Virus record (IMG/VR): IMGVR_UViG_3300028802_000018
Span: 1-55,638 of that record
DNA from: a virus
Taxonomy: Duplodnaviria > Caudoviricetes
Direction: 5' to 3' (one strand)
Length of the DNA stretch: 55,638 bases
Part shown: positions 45,253 to 54,563 of the stretch, piece after piece
How positions within the stretch are numbered: the first letter of the stretch is position 1
Layout: every line of letters begins with the position of its first letter
The notes under the pieces: model-generated
What the model was told of the DNA's origin: nothing
The model's input: only the letters and a program-made list of their open reading frames with translations
Databases searched by the model: none
Translations under genes and position numbers: made by a program

Positions 45253-45666
45253 CTATGCCGCCGAGGCGGGCGCTGGCGGCGTTCCAGCGGGCACCGTGGG
45301 TGCCTTCGCAATCTCGGCCACCGGGATCGCCGTCGCGATGTTTGGCTTCCCTACAGCCGTCTCCGTGACCGTAACCGGCACCGGGTGGCCGGCTTCCATC
45401 GTCATCTGCGCCGACGCCCGAGCCGCAGCAACTTCAGCCCGGCGCTTTTCCGCGATGGCAGCGATCTTCTGATACGCGGACCACCCCAACATCCCCACCG
45501 CAACCGCCGCCGTTGCAGCCATCGTAACCTGATCGCCCGTGACGGTGAGTGCCCACGTAAATCCAAAGCTGCTCGCGAGACCGAGGACACCACGAACCAA
45601 GCCCATGACGATCGGCAGGTATGGCGAGGATGCAGCGCTCGTGAGATAGTTGCCGCTGTCACTCAT
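45253..45666 (-). CDS. Putative holin
   Basis: GLVRGVL...G and VGMLGWSAYQK TM segments; follows endolysin and LysM genes. Confidence 0.6.
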   Translation of the reverse strand: MSDSGNYLTSAASSPYLPIVMGLVRGVLGLASSFGFTWALTVTGDQVTMAATAAVAVGMLGWSAYQKIAAIAEKRRAEVAAARASAQMTMEAGHPVPVTVTETAVGKPNIATAIPVAEIAKAPTVPAGTPPAPASAA

Positions 45667-45891
45667 TCAGTCCATCCACTCGCGCGGGATTTTCAACACC
45701 TGCCCCGGATGGATCGTATATTTCTCGTCCATGCCAGGGTTGAGATCGGCAATCTTCTGATAGTCGCGGGCATGCCCAAAACGCTCAGCGATCTCCGAGA
45801 GCGTATCACCCTTGACGACCGTAACCGTGTAGCAGTCATCGTGCCGGGTGACGTTGGAGAACCAATCGTAAATGCTACCGATGATGCTCAT
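45667..45891 (-). CDS. Stand-alone LysM protein
   Basis: VTVVKGDTLSEIAERFG...YQKIADLNP.....IHPGQVLKIP. Confidence 0.9.
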   Translation of the reverse strand: MSIIGSIYDWFSNVTRHDDCYTVTVVKGDTLSEIAERFGHARDYQKIADLNPGMDEKYTIHPGQVLKIPREWMD

Positions 45892-46556
45892 TGTGATGCC
45901 TCTTCTCTGGCTTGTTGACGCGACAGAGCGTTCATCGCTGCCGCCGACCCATTTCCATAGATGCCATCAATCGCCCCCGCGTACAGACCATCCTCAGCGA
46001 GCACTTGTTGAATTGCTTTGATGCGCTCAACTACCGAGCGGATACCGTCTGATGGCGCAGGCCCCTCACCGCCATACGCTCCGTCAAGCGCGCGTTCGGC
46101 ATAGCGCATCCGTCCTGAAAAGCCTGGAAGATGTGTTGATGTTGTCCCCCCAGGACGCTCATAGGTTAACCCCGCCGAAAACACAGCATCATCAAGCGTT
46201 GCTGTCTTTTTTAGTGCGGTGATCGTGGACTTGTGTGACCCGCTCAACTCGTGAATTAGGAAACTGTAGTTTCCTTCATCCGAGGAGAATGCAAAACCGT
46301 TCTCGACGCACCATGCCTCGAATGCGCGTCGGCGTGGTCCCGTCCATTGCGCCCAGCCATAGCCGCCACGGCTACCCTCAACCGCAGGCGCAATCTCCTG
46401 CAAAGTTTTAAAGCCGGCGCTCTCGTAGCCCAGATTGCCAACGATTCCTGCCGCCTGTTCAGGCGTTAGATCAAAATATACCTCAAGACGCCTGACCAGC
46501 CATCCGCTGCGCTTCTTGTATGAGGCATCAGTGCCGGGCATATCAAAACCATTCAT
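45888..46556 (-). CDS. Endolysin: phage tail-lysozyme-like domain plus PG-binding domain
   Basis: QAAGIVGNL.YES, GYGWAQWTGPRR, YERPG; IQQVL...G.Y.GAIDGIYG. Confidence 0.85.
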   Translation of the reverse strand: MNGFDMPGTDASYKKRSGWLVRRLEVYFDLTPEQAAGIVGNLGYESAGFKTLQEIAPAVEGSRGGYGWAQWTGPRRRAFEAWCVENGFAFSSDEGNYSFLIHELSGSHKSTITALKKTATLDDAVFSAGLTYERPGGTTSTHLPGFSGRMRYAERALDGAYGGEGPAPSDGIRSVVERIKAIQQVLAEDGLYAGAIDGIYGNGSAAAMNALSRQQAREEASQ

Positions 46557-46750
46557 TTTGACACTTCGTCCTTCCGATTCTCAACCTCATCGCATCGCCG
46601 CTGCCAGTATTCTGCCTCACCGTTCCGTAGCGCAATCCCCACCAACATCCGCAAAGCTGCGGAACGTGTCATCGGATACCGCTCTCGCCACTCATCTACA
46701 CGAGCGAGTTGCTCGGATGCAAAGCGGATCGAGATCGGCGATGGTGTCAT
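46553..46750 (-). CDS. Ribbon-helix-helix (CopG-like) regulator, leaderless
   Basis: ISIRF..EQLARVDEWR....TRSAALRMLV; ATG 7 nt after -10 box. Confidence 0.8.
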   Translation of the reverse strand: MTPSPISIRFASEQLARVDEWRERYPMTRSAALRMLVGIALRNGEAEYWQRRCDEVENRKDEVSK

Positions 46751-46757
46751 ACGGATA

Positions 46758-46786
46758 AGTGTAATACACGGCCGCGCCGCCGTCAA
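46758..46786 (-). promoter_or_regulatory. Sigma70 promoter with palindromic operator
   Basis: TTGACG-N17-TACACT; GTGTA-T-TACAC inverted repeat over the -10. Confidence 0.72.
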
Positions 46787-47217
46787 TCCTGCCGGCTACG
46801 CCTCCCAGGCGGTCCCTGGAGAAGCTGGCTCTGTAGACCAGACAAAGCACGGCTCAGTGCTTCGATCCGCTCCGCAGAGGTTGCTACCTGTACCTGAAGC
46901 GATTTCACTCGCTCGTCTACCAGCATCATCTGCCGCATGCTCAGGTCGAGACGGTCGATGTGCTGGTTGGCGATAATATTGTCTTTTTCCAGGTTCTCAA
47001 TCCGCAACGCTATCTCATGAACCCTGACCCCGCCCACCGTATCCAGGCGGGTGACGTGGGCATCCAGCGCGTTCGCCCGCTGGATAATGTGCATCGTGGT
47101 CTGGTCGAGATGAGCGGCCCACCAGATAGTAAAGCCAAGCTGCGTGCTGACCGCGATAATGACCGCAACGGCAGCGCTAGTGCGCCAGCTATTTACGTTG
47201 CCGTTCCCGTCACTCAC
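46783..47217 (-). CDS. N-terminal TM plus coiled-coil protein
   Basis: TM ending IWWAA, long heptad region. Confidence 0.6.
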   Translation of the reverse strand: MSDGNGNVNSWRTSAAVAVIIAVSTQLGFTIWWAAHLDQTTMHIIQRANALDAHVTRLDTVGGVRVHEIALRIENLEKDNIIANQHIDRLDLSMRQMMLVDERVKSLQVQVATSAERIEALSRALSGLQSQLLQGPPGRRSRQD

Positions 47218-47226
47218 CGCAAACGG

Positions 47227-47487
47227 TCAAGACTGATCGCCTCCTTCACCATCAGCGTGGACCAACTGATTCTGTCGCTCAATCTCCCGTTCCTTGAGAC
47301 GTAGGTAGATCGCGTCAATATCCTCGCTCGCATAGACCCGCCGTGCTGGCTCCGGTCGCAGTGCATCAGGCCCGCTCCATCGTGGCACGCACGGCTGCGG
47401 CTTGATCGCATGATTCGCAAACAGCGTCCCGCAATGGATGCATCGCGGATTACCGGGAGACATTTCATGTTCAGGAATGCTCATCAT
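47227..47487 (-). CDS. Small Cys-motif protein
   Basis: RCIHCG; GGAGG RBS, coupled. Confidence 0.5.
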   Translation of the reverse strand: MMSIPEHEMSPGNPRCIHCGTLFANHAIKPQPCVPRWSGPDALRPEPARRVYASEDIDAIYLRLKEREIERQNQLVHADGEGGDQS

Positions 47488-47801
47488 CCGCCTCCCAACT
47501 TCAGTATCGGACTGAGCAGTACACCTAGAATCGAGACCACGATAGCCCCGATTGCCCACGCCAACCGTTCCAAGCGTGCGCCACGCTGCTCACATGCTCT
47601 CAGGTGCATGATCACCCGCTCTTCCGTTCGTGCGGCCCAATCCTCTAATTTCCGCACCCTGGCTTCCAATCCGTTCACGGCACTCTCCCCAATGTACTGG
47701 TGTGGGTGGAGATCGTGCGTGAAGGGATACACACCAGAACGGTGCGCCAACCGGAAAACTCCCGGATTTTTAACGGAATAATCCTCCGAAACGTTGCTCA
47801 T
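47484..47801 (-). CDS. Coiled-coil plus C-terminal TM protein
   Basis: H...C.QR..RLERLAW followed by TM. Confidence 0.6.
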   Translation of the reverse strand: MSNVSEDYSVKNPGVFRLAHRSGVYPFTHDLHPHQYIGESAVNGLEARVRKLEDWAARTEERVIMHLRACEQRGARLERLAWAIGAIVVSILGVLLSPILKLGGG

Positions 47802-48100
47802 GTCGTTTTTGCGTCCGTCTCGGCCCGCTGTTCAGCCCTGCCCTGAAGATTGCTGGCTATCGCTGTTGCGGTCACGAGAGCGTCTTTCATCGAGTTTGAA
47901 GCGAGTTCGACCTTGCGAACGTCCTCGGCTACGATGTCGAGCTTTTGCGAGGTTACAAGCGAATGCGCGGCGGCCAGAGTGATCGCGCGCTTGTTCATCA
48001 CGTTCTGATAGATACCCCAGAAAACGCCGATAGCGAGGCCAAGCTGCCCGATTGTGTTCAGCCAGGATTGAAACTCGCTCATGTCGGTCTCATCATGCAC
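47798..48100 (-). CDS. Single-TM protein
   Basis: N-terminal TM; ASNSMKDALV. Confidence 0.55.
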   Translation of the reverse strand: MHDETDMSEFQSWLNTIGQLGLAIGVFWGIYQNVMNKRAITLAAAHSLVTSQKLDIVAEDVRKVELASNSMKDALVTATAIASNLQGRAEQRAETDAKTT

Positions 48101-48273
48101 CGCTCGACCATGAACTTGATCAGATCACGCTGCCCTTCCCCAGAAGACGCGAGCAAATACAGCGTAAACGCCATAAACAGCATCAGCGATAACAGCGCAG
48201 GGGACACCTTGAGCGCGTCAACAACCTGCTTGCCTATCCCCTCAACCTTGGAAATCGTTGGCGGATCGGACAT
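48079..48273 (-). CDS. Single-TM protein
   Basis: VVDALKVSPALLSL.. TM. Confidence 0.55.
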   Translation of the reverse strand: MSDPPTISKVEGIGKQVVDALKVSPALLSLMLFMAFTLYLLASSGEGQRDLIKFMVERCMMRPT

Positions 48274-48277
48274 TACT

Positions 48278-51040
48278 CTACCATGACGTGTTCATCGCCC
48301 ATTTCGGATAATTGTTGAAATCAACCGGTGGGGAAAGCGCGTTAAATCGAGTCTGACAATCAGACAACAGGCTCGACATGCCAGTAACCCCCGCAGCGGT
48401 CATGCATTGAAACACGCCAAGCCTAACCTCCTGATAATTTGAAACCATCCCGGTAGAGGTGAATGATACCGGAACTAGTCCGATATTCTCAACCCCAAGG
48501 CCCGCGCTAGTGGTAGATATATTTATTGCCGATCCCCCTGGAGTTGCTGACAGATTAAAGGTATTTCCAGACCTGTTAACTGCATAATAAGGCGTATTTG
48601 ACGACAGCCCCCCTGGTGGAGTTACCGGCTGTGCATGGTTATCATACGCCGGGAATATCCATTTATCACCATTCGCCGGAGTATAGCCCTGTCCTGGCTC
48701 AATCGCAGTAAACACGCCGGGAGTGCCGCTCGCCCAGCTAATCGCCACGCCACTGGGTAATCCAACCATTCCCGCGCCTAGCGACGCGAAGTGCGCGTCA
48801 TCTGAAATCGTGTCCGGGTCTGTGTACGGCGTCCCGCCATCTACATAAACCAAGTCGTAGTAGGTATATATCTGACCATAACTAAACGTCGTTGCAACAT
48901 AGTTCCACCAAGTCTGCATACCCTGTAGCATCGTGAGCGCATTTGCGTCTTCACATAATGTATAAGCAAGGGTGTAGGTATGCGCGGTATAGTCCAGCAT
49001 CCAAGGTGCGTGTTGCGTATTATTTGGTGCCCATAGCTTATTTGTCGAGACATAGCTATTGCCACCGGCAATCCATAGATTAGGCCAATTAACACTAGCT
49101 GTTCGACAATCTGATAGCATGTCCGGAATACCGGTTCCGTATGGGTCGGTATCCGGCCATAAACCATCGGCAAAAACCAGATCGCGTAATGCCCATGCTA
49201 GGTTTCTGATTGTATAAGCAAATTCAGTTACGACACCATAGGCTGTCGATGGAGATGTTGGGTTACGCGCGCCGGGGCCATACTGAAGCAGGCCGCCCAT
49301 AGCTGCTTCTAATATCAAGTCCAGATAAACCGGTTCACCGAACACCTCGTAAGCGTAAGCAGCCGTGGATGGCATGTGATCTGTAGTTGTTCCGTCAAAC
49401 CCCGCGCAAACATTTGTATTGGGGGGCAGCGTAAACCCAGCCCCTGTCGTGCCAGCGCTGGGGTTCCATGTCAGTGTGTCGTAGCCTGTGGTCGGCATGT
49501 TTGCATAAGTAGCATTGTAAAGCTGCGCTGGTCCATGCGTGCTTAGGTCATAAAGACCCGTCCCAAAATGCGCACGAGATAGACCAATCATTCTCGCATA
49601 AAGCTCATCAACCACAGCTTGATTGCTAAAATGCCGTCTCTGCCAATCTGTTATCAACCCAATATCGCCACGATTGCCCGCCCCCGCAGTGTGTAGTGTT
49701 AGCGGCCCGACGCTCAATGTATCCCACGAATAAGTATACGACCCAACTGACGTTAAGCATGAATCAATAGTTATACTTAGATCAAACGGCAGAAAGCATC
49801 TCGTTGATCTACGATAAACTGGATCGAAACGGACTTGCACTAGTCCAGGAGCCGATACGCTACCTTGCGCTTGAACCCAATTAGATTTACCTTCCGCAGT
49901 CGCGCCAAACTGCGATCCAAAATGCAACACATTCCTAACCGGAGTAAGGGTGTGTGTCCCTGATCCGCCATTTGTCGCTGTTGCGGGCGCTTCTGTACTC
50001 GCTGCGGAAGTTAATGAAAGAGAATTGGTATTATCGCTATTGGCGTGAACAAAATAAAGTTGCGTCAAGCTCCAACCAGCCGGCAAAGTGCCCGTTGTCG
50101 TCAACACACACGGAACTGAATTGTATGCGGCTTCATGTTGACCAGCGCCATGATACCAATCAGGTGTTGTATTGCAGGTGAAGCTCGCTCCACTCGTCCA
50201 CGTTACGTCGCGTGCGGTATACCCAAATGGAGGGGTGATTGTCGCGGTCCCGCTGCCCCCAGGCCCTACGGAGTCGATTGTGAATGCACTTAACGCTCGC
50301 CAACCCTTGGCCGGGGTGTCTTGATTATAGTACGGTTGCCAAACCCTCGGCAGATACCAGAACCCGGCAAGGTTTCCGCTGGTATCGTTAACCGCGACGA
50401 CGTAATGCAGGCATTCAAGCTGCCCGTGAGGAGTTCCCGCAGCGTTGACCTTCGTCCAGTGTCGCTCGCTCAAACCTCCCCCGCCATCCGCATATGTGAC
50501 TTTCTGAAAATTATTGGCGTCGTTCTCAAGCTCCGCTGTCCACGCCCCCGTCAGGCCAAAATTTGAGCCTGCCCCTGTCATCTTCGTGACAAAATTTGCC
50601 GCGTATATCTCTGTTCTTGATCGCCCAGAAGCCGCAGGAGCGGAACCCCCACTTAGAACATTGACGGTGATTCCGCCGGTCGTTATCGCTTTTGGTGAGC
50701 ACGCCGGAATGACCGAACAATGCTTCATCGCCCCACTAGCCCACGAGCGAACCTGCGAGAACGTGCAGGGCCAAACGGAATCATCGCTGTCGAACTGAAG
50801 CTCTGGGTACTCTCCGCTTGGAATATCACCGTCAGCGAATTGTAGCCCAAACGGCGGAACTGGAGCGCCAGCCCCTACCGTCGAGCCTGATGTGCTAACT
50901 AGCGTCAGGGTCGTAATCAGACCGCTCGGCGGCGGTGCTCCTGATGGTGCTCCACCACGGCCAAAAAGCCGAGCCATAGATGAGACCGGAACCATAGCAA
51001 CCCCGGCAGCAGCCCCGGCTAGGACGCTACGTCGGTTCAC
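48278..51040 (-). CDS. Large protein with Tat-type signal peptide, putative glycan-active/adhesin (920 aa)
   Basis: GTG after GGAG; MNRRSVLAGAAAGVAMVPVSSMA; RGDIG, H.PS..Y...GE..YLD, R..AW.LR, APWM.DY motifs; two LP.GL...T.Y(Y/F) inserts. Confidence 0.65.
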   Translation of the reverse strand: MNRRSVLAGAAAGVAMVPVSSMARLFGRGGAPSGAPPPSGLITTLTLVSTSGSTVGAGAPVPPFGLQFADGDIPSGEYPELQFDSDDSVWPCTFSQVRSWASGAMKHCSVIPACSPKAITTGGITVNVLSGGSAPAASGRSRTEIYAANFVTKMTGAGSNFGLTGAWTAELENDANNFQKVTYADGGGGLSERHWTKVNAAGTPHGQLECLHYVVAVNDTSGNLAGFWYLPRVWQPYYNQDTPAKGWRALSAFTIDSVGPGGSGTATITPPFGYTARDVTWTSGASFTCNTTPDWYHGAGQHEAAYNSVPCVLTTTGTLPAGWSLTQLYFVHANSDNTNSLSLTSAASTEAPATATNGGSGTHTLTPVRNVLHFGSQFGATAEGKSNWVQAQGSVSAPGLVQVRFDPVYRRSTRCFLPFDLSITIDSCLTSVGSYTYSWDTLSVGPLTLHTAGAGNRGDIGLITDWQRRHFSNQAVVDELYARMIGLSRAHFGTGLYDLSTHGPAQLYNATYANMPTTGYDTLTWNPSAGTTGAGFTLPPNTNVCAGFDGTTTDHMPSTAAYAYEVFGEPVYLDLILEAAMGGLLQYGPGARNPTSPSTAYGVVTEFAYTIRNLAWALRDLVFADGLWPDTDPYGTGIPDMLSDCRTASVNWPNLWIAGGNSYVSTNKLWAPNNTQHAPWMLDYTAHTYTLAYTLCEDANALTMLQGMQTWWNYVATTFSYGQIYTYYDLVYVDGGTPYTDPDTISDDAHFASLGAGMVGLPSGVAISWASGTPGVFTAIEPGQGYTPANGDKWIFPAYDNHAQPVTPPGGLSSNTPYYAVNRSGNTFNLSATPGGSAINISTTSAGLGVENIGLVPVSFTSTGMVSNYQEVRLGVFQCMTAAGVTGMSSLLSDCQTRFNALSPPVDFNNYPKWAMNTSW

Positions 51041-52014
51041 TGTATTCTCCAGAAGTCGCGCCCTGAAGGTGGTGCAGCACCCGCAAGCTCCCATGCTCCA
51101 ATTGTTGGTGTCGAGCCGGATCGCGATGAACCAACAATATCTGTCACAGGAGTTCCCGAAGCCGTCCCATTGTTCGCCAACTTGGCGGACCCTGATTTAA
51201 CCCGGAAATCCTCTGTCGTGGCCGTCGTGTTTTCCCATTCTGTTGCCTTAACAACACTTACCTGTCCGCTCGTGTCGTAGTTAGTTCCACCAAAACTACC
51301 TTTGTCCGTTGCGTTATTTGCGCACGTCCCAGCCGTACCGGCGTAGTCCGTCGCATACCCAGCAACAACAACATTTTTTAATAATGGCGCGCCGTACCCT
51401 ATCCCAAAACCAGTTACACTTGTTCCGGCCCCTAAACAAACAACTGTAATATCTTGAACAACGTTACTACCGTTTGCACTTCTAAAACCATTGGTATTAT
51501 TTATGTTATAAATAAGAGAGTTTGTAGCCGTAGTTGTACCAGTTATTTGCACTCCATAACTGGTGGTTTCACTAGACCCGGCATGACAAATAACACACTT
51601 GTCTATAGTTCTTCCGGCAAAAGAATTGTCTATGTATTCAACAACTGTACCATAATCACTATCTTTCTTTAGCTGCAATCTAGTTAACTGAAAATTAGCA
51701 CAAGTGATAGCAAGTACATCAGTGCTGCCGGATGTCATTCTGATCGCTGCCCCATTTGAGGCGTTATACCTCAAGGCATTGGTCAGCTTGTTTGCATTGT
51801 CCACGAAGCTGTTGGTTGACCCGGCCGTCAGCAAGACGTTAAACACGCCAGCCGTTACCCCGCTCAGTGTCTGCGTTGCGGTAATGGTGATCTCGGCATT
51901 CTGGCAGTTACCCTCTTGGTGATCCAGTAGAGTCGCTGCAAACGACGCGAACCACAGCGCCGGAGTCGCGTAATCTGCCCCTCCGTTTGGCCCGATGATC
52001 TTGCTAACTGTCAT
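51037..52014 (-). CDS. Beta-helix-like protein without signal peptide
   Basis: Asn/Thr/Gly-rich; C-terminal DIVG..R....TIGAWE. Confidence 0.6.
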   Translation of the reverse strand: MTVSKIIGPNGGADYATPALWFASFAATLLDHQEGNCQNAEITITATQTLSGVTAGVFNVLLTAGSTNSFVDNANKLTNALRYNASNGAAIRMTSGSTDVLAITCANFQLTRLQLKKDSDYGTVVEYIDNSFAGRTIDKCVICHAGSSETTSYGVQITGTTTATNSLIYNINNTNGFRSANGSNVVQDITVVCLGAGTSVTGFGIGYGAPLLKNVVVAGYATDYAGTAGTCANNATDKGSFGGTNYDTSGQVSVVKATEWENTTATTEDFRVKSGSAKLANNGTASGTPVTDIVGSSRSGSTPTIGAWELAGAAPPSGRDFWRIQ

Positions 52015-52490
52015 GGCCGGATTATCCTAGGGTCGCGTAACGCCAGCTTAATGCTGACAAGCTCCCGTAATGCATCCGGGGTCACAGACAGGGTATCGTC
52101 AACGGCAAGGCGTCGTCCCATTCGACGCTCAACCGCTCGCTCCAGAGCATCCAAGTCAAGGGTATGCCGCCGGAACCAGCCAAGCCATCCCTCTGGCGCG
52201 TTATCGACCGCGATCAGCCAAGACATCGCCCGAACCGGATCATCAACCTGGATATCGACATCGACAATCCGCCACTCAGGATGACCTAGAACCTCTCGCC
52301 CCGGATGCCGCTCGCTATCGATCACGTCCACCACATCGCCACGCTGCGGGCGCGCCAGGAGGCCCTTATGCCGATCTGATGCCCAGACACACAGACGTGG
52401 TTTAGGCACCTCAGCAGCCCGCACACGCGGGAGAAACGGGATCGCGCATAGCGCCGCGAGCCAGCTAAATATCGCTCGGCGTGACGCCAT
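52011..52490 (-). CDS. Hypothetical protein with Tat-like signal
   Basis: MASRRAIFSWLAALCAIPFLPRVRA-A; RGDVV.V...P.WRIV. Confidence 0.6.
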   Translation of the reverse strand: MASRRAIFSWLAALCAIPFLPRVRAAEVPKPRLCVWASDRHKGLLARPQRGDVVDVIDSERHPGREVLGHPEWRIVDVDIQVDDPVRAMSWLIAVDNAPEGWLGWFRRHTLDLDALERAVERRMGRRLAVDDTLSVTPDALRELVSIKLALRDPRIIRP

Positions 52491-52890
52491 GATCCCTCGC
52501 TAGATATTCGAGCACCAGAGGCGGCAGGTTCGCCGGGTCGCACGGCTCGCGGTACGGCTGCCGAGATGTTTCTTTCGGATCGGCCAAAAAATCACCGTGT
52601 CCGTCATAGCGTGAGAACAGGCATTCGCAATCGGTGATTCCATGGTAGAGCGCCACGATCAGGTGCTCCGTATGCGCAGCGATCAGCCGGCGATCGTTCG
52701 CGGCGATCGGAATCACCTCATCCTCGCCATCCTTCCCCATCCGGTAAACCGCTATCGGGCGATCAGCCGAGACCATGTGATCGTGCTCGTGAGAGTGAAG
52801 GATCGTATGGCTACCCCGCCCGACCAACCGAAACGGATAGCAATGAAACGGTCCAACCGACCACGTACCCTTAAAAAGACGCTCGCCCAT
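52465..52890 (-). CDS. Cupin-like protein
   Basis: HSHEHDH...I.A.TEH...AL metal-binding pattern. Confidence 0.6.
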   Translation of the reverse strand: MGERLFKGTWSVGPFHCYPFRLVGRGSHTILHSHEHDHMVSADRPIAVYRMGKDGEDEVIPIAANDRRLIAAHTEHLIVALYHGITDCECLFSRYDGHGDFLADPKETSRQPYREPCDPANLPPLVLEYLARDHGVTPSDI

Positions 52891-54345
52891 CTAATTAGCC
52901 GTCCATGTCCCTGTGAAACTTACAGTAGAATAGTGCGTTGAGTCCCGCCCAAGAAGGCAAATCGCGTTGCCGACTACGGCAGTTGCGACCAGCGTCCCCG
53001 TCCCGGCCGTCCCATAAGCCGTGCGCGCCGTATTCTCATACATTGCCGATGACCCCAAAGCTGCTAGGGTTATCGCCGTGGATACGTTGTTGTCGTTGAG
53101 GATACAGAACTGATACCCGGCTACAGGAACCGGTGGCGTCACGGTACATGTGCCCGTGCAGTAGAAATTCTGCCGAGGCCCCGCTAGCGAGACAGAAGTC
53201 CCCGCCGATGTCGGTGGAACAGGAGGCGCTGCCCACGTCATGTTATCGAGCAGTACCGTCGTTCCCGTCTGCGTTGCCGGCGTCGGCAAACCAAATGCAG
53301 CTTTCCAGTTTGTCCCGTCTGAGAACCAACTGGTTGCCTGATTTGCCCCTAATGTGATAGCTGCCAACCCGTTCACGGTCGATGTCGCTGGATCGAGGAT
53401 GTTTCCAACCCCTGCTGTCTGATAGTCAAAAGCAAACCCTGAAGCAAACGATCCGGTCGCCTGCGGAACGATATCGGTCTGCGTGACCGTGTTCGTCCGG
53501 TTGACCATCTTCCCCGCATCTGTTGATAGCACCGTATAGGCGCTATTTCCGCTTTGCGTGTTGAGCGCCGCCGTCGTCCCCACCGTGAATGTTCCGGTTC
53601 CAGGCGAAGGAGTGATAACCACATTCGGAGTTCCCGCCGTCACGCTGACCGAGCCACCCGACCCACAAGCTGAACCGTTTGCAATATGGTTCCCGTTCGC
53701 ATCAATCTTGACGCAATCTCCCGAAGTCTGCGTCCCGGTCGTCGTCACATATGCGGTCGTATTCCCCGAGCGTGTGCCTACCGAGGGAGCCACACCAGCG
53801 CCACCACCGATCACCGGAAGGTTTGCTGTGAGCGCCCCGGACGATGCTAACGTGCCGCTTGCGGTATAGGCCAGTACCCCGCCGCTGGTCCCCGCCGTCA
53901 AGCCGGTGCCGCCGTTGGCGACAGGCAACGTCCCCGTTACGCCGGTTGTGAGCGGCAGTCCAGTAGCGGAAGTCAAAGTGCCACTGCTAGGAGTTCCCAA
54001 GGCACCACCGTTCACCAAAACAGACCCAGCACTACCAACATTGACCCCCAAAGCCGTAGCTACGCTGGTCCCTAAACCGCTCACATCGTTTGCGATTCGC
54101 ACTGTACAAGTGTTATTTGCGCAGACAATAGTCTTATTGGTGAGCGCCTTTGCGGTGGCCGATAGGTACGTATCGAGCGCGTTCGGCGTCGTTTTGACGG
54201 CCGGGTTAGCGGTCTGGAAGACCGGGATAGATTCAGTTCCGACTATAGCTCCAGCCGCCCCCAAACTATCTATGGTTCCATCAGCGCGAGCTATTCCAGC
54301 CGCCAGAAGAAGGCAGGAGACAAGCGCAATTCGCGTCTTTAGCAT
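52891..54345 (-). CDS. Fibre protein with Sec signal peptide (484 aa)
   Basis: MLKTRIALVSCLLLAAGIARA-DG; IDSLGAAGAIVGTESIPVFQ N-domain; GTLPVANGGTG fibre repeat; SDGTNW. Confidence 0.78.
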   Translation of the reverse strand: MLKTRIALVSCLLLAAGIARADGTIDSLGAAGAIVGTESIPVFQTANPAVKTTPNALDTYLSATAKALTNKTIVCANNTCTVRIANDVSGLGTSVATALGVNVGSAGSVLVNGGALGTPSSGTLTSATGLPLTTGVTGTLPVANGGTGLTAGTSGGVLAYTASGTLASSGALTANLPVIGGGAGVAPSVGTRSGNTTAYVTTTGTQTSGDCVKIDANGNHIANGSACGSGGSVSVTAGTPNVVITPSPGTGTFTVGTTAALNTQSGNSAYTVLSTDAGKMVNRTNTVTQTDIVPQATGSFASGFAFDYQTAGVGNILDPATSTVNGLAAITLGANQATSWFSDGTNWKAAFGLPTPATQTGTTVLLDNMTWAAPPVPPTSAGTSVSLAGPRQNFYCTGTCTVTPPVPVAGYQFCILNDNNVSTAITLAALGSSAMYENTARTAYGTAGTGTLVATAVVGNAICLLGRDSTHYSTVSFTGTWTAN

Positions 54346-54355
54346 TGCTCTGCCC

Positions 54356-54559
54356 TCATTGAATCTTGAACTTCGACCCGACATCAATCAACAAAACCGA
54401 CCCCGTGTCTATCAATAAGAATACCGGAACTGCTGGCGCACCGACCCTACCTTGCGTTTCCTGTGGTATACCAATACCAATTCCAATGCCAGCATTCGTA
54501 TCGGATGATAAACCTATCACAACCACGGAAACCGCCAGTATGAAGATGATCTTTCTCAT
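54356..54559 (-). CDS. Small secreted adaptor peptide
   Basis: Signal ending DTNA, then GIGIGIGIP, C-terminal LLIDTGSVLLIDVG. Confidence 0.7.
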   Translation of the reverse strand: MRKIIFILAVSVVVIGLSSDTNAGIGIGIGIPQETQGRVGAPAVPVFLLIDTGSVLLIDVGSKFKIQ

Positions 54560-54563
54560 ATCA

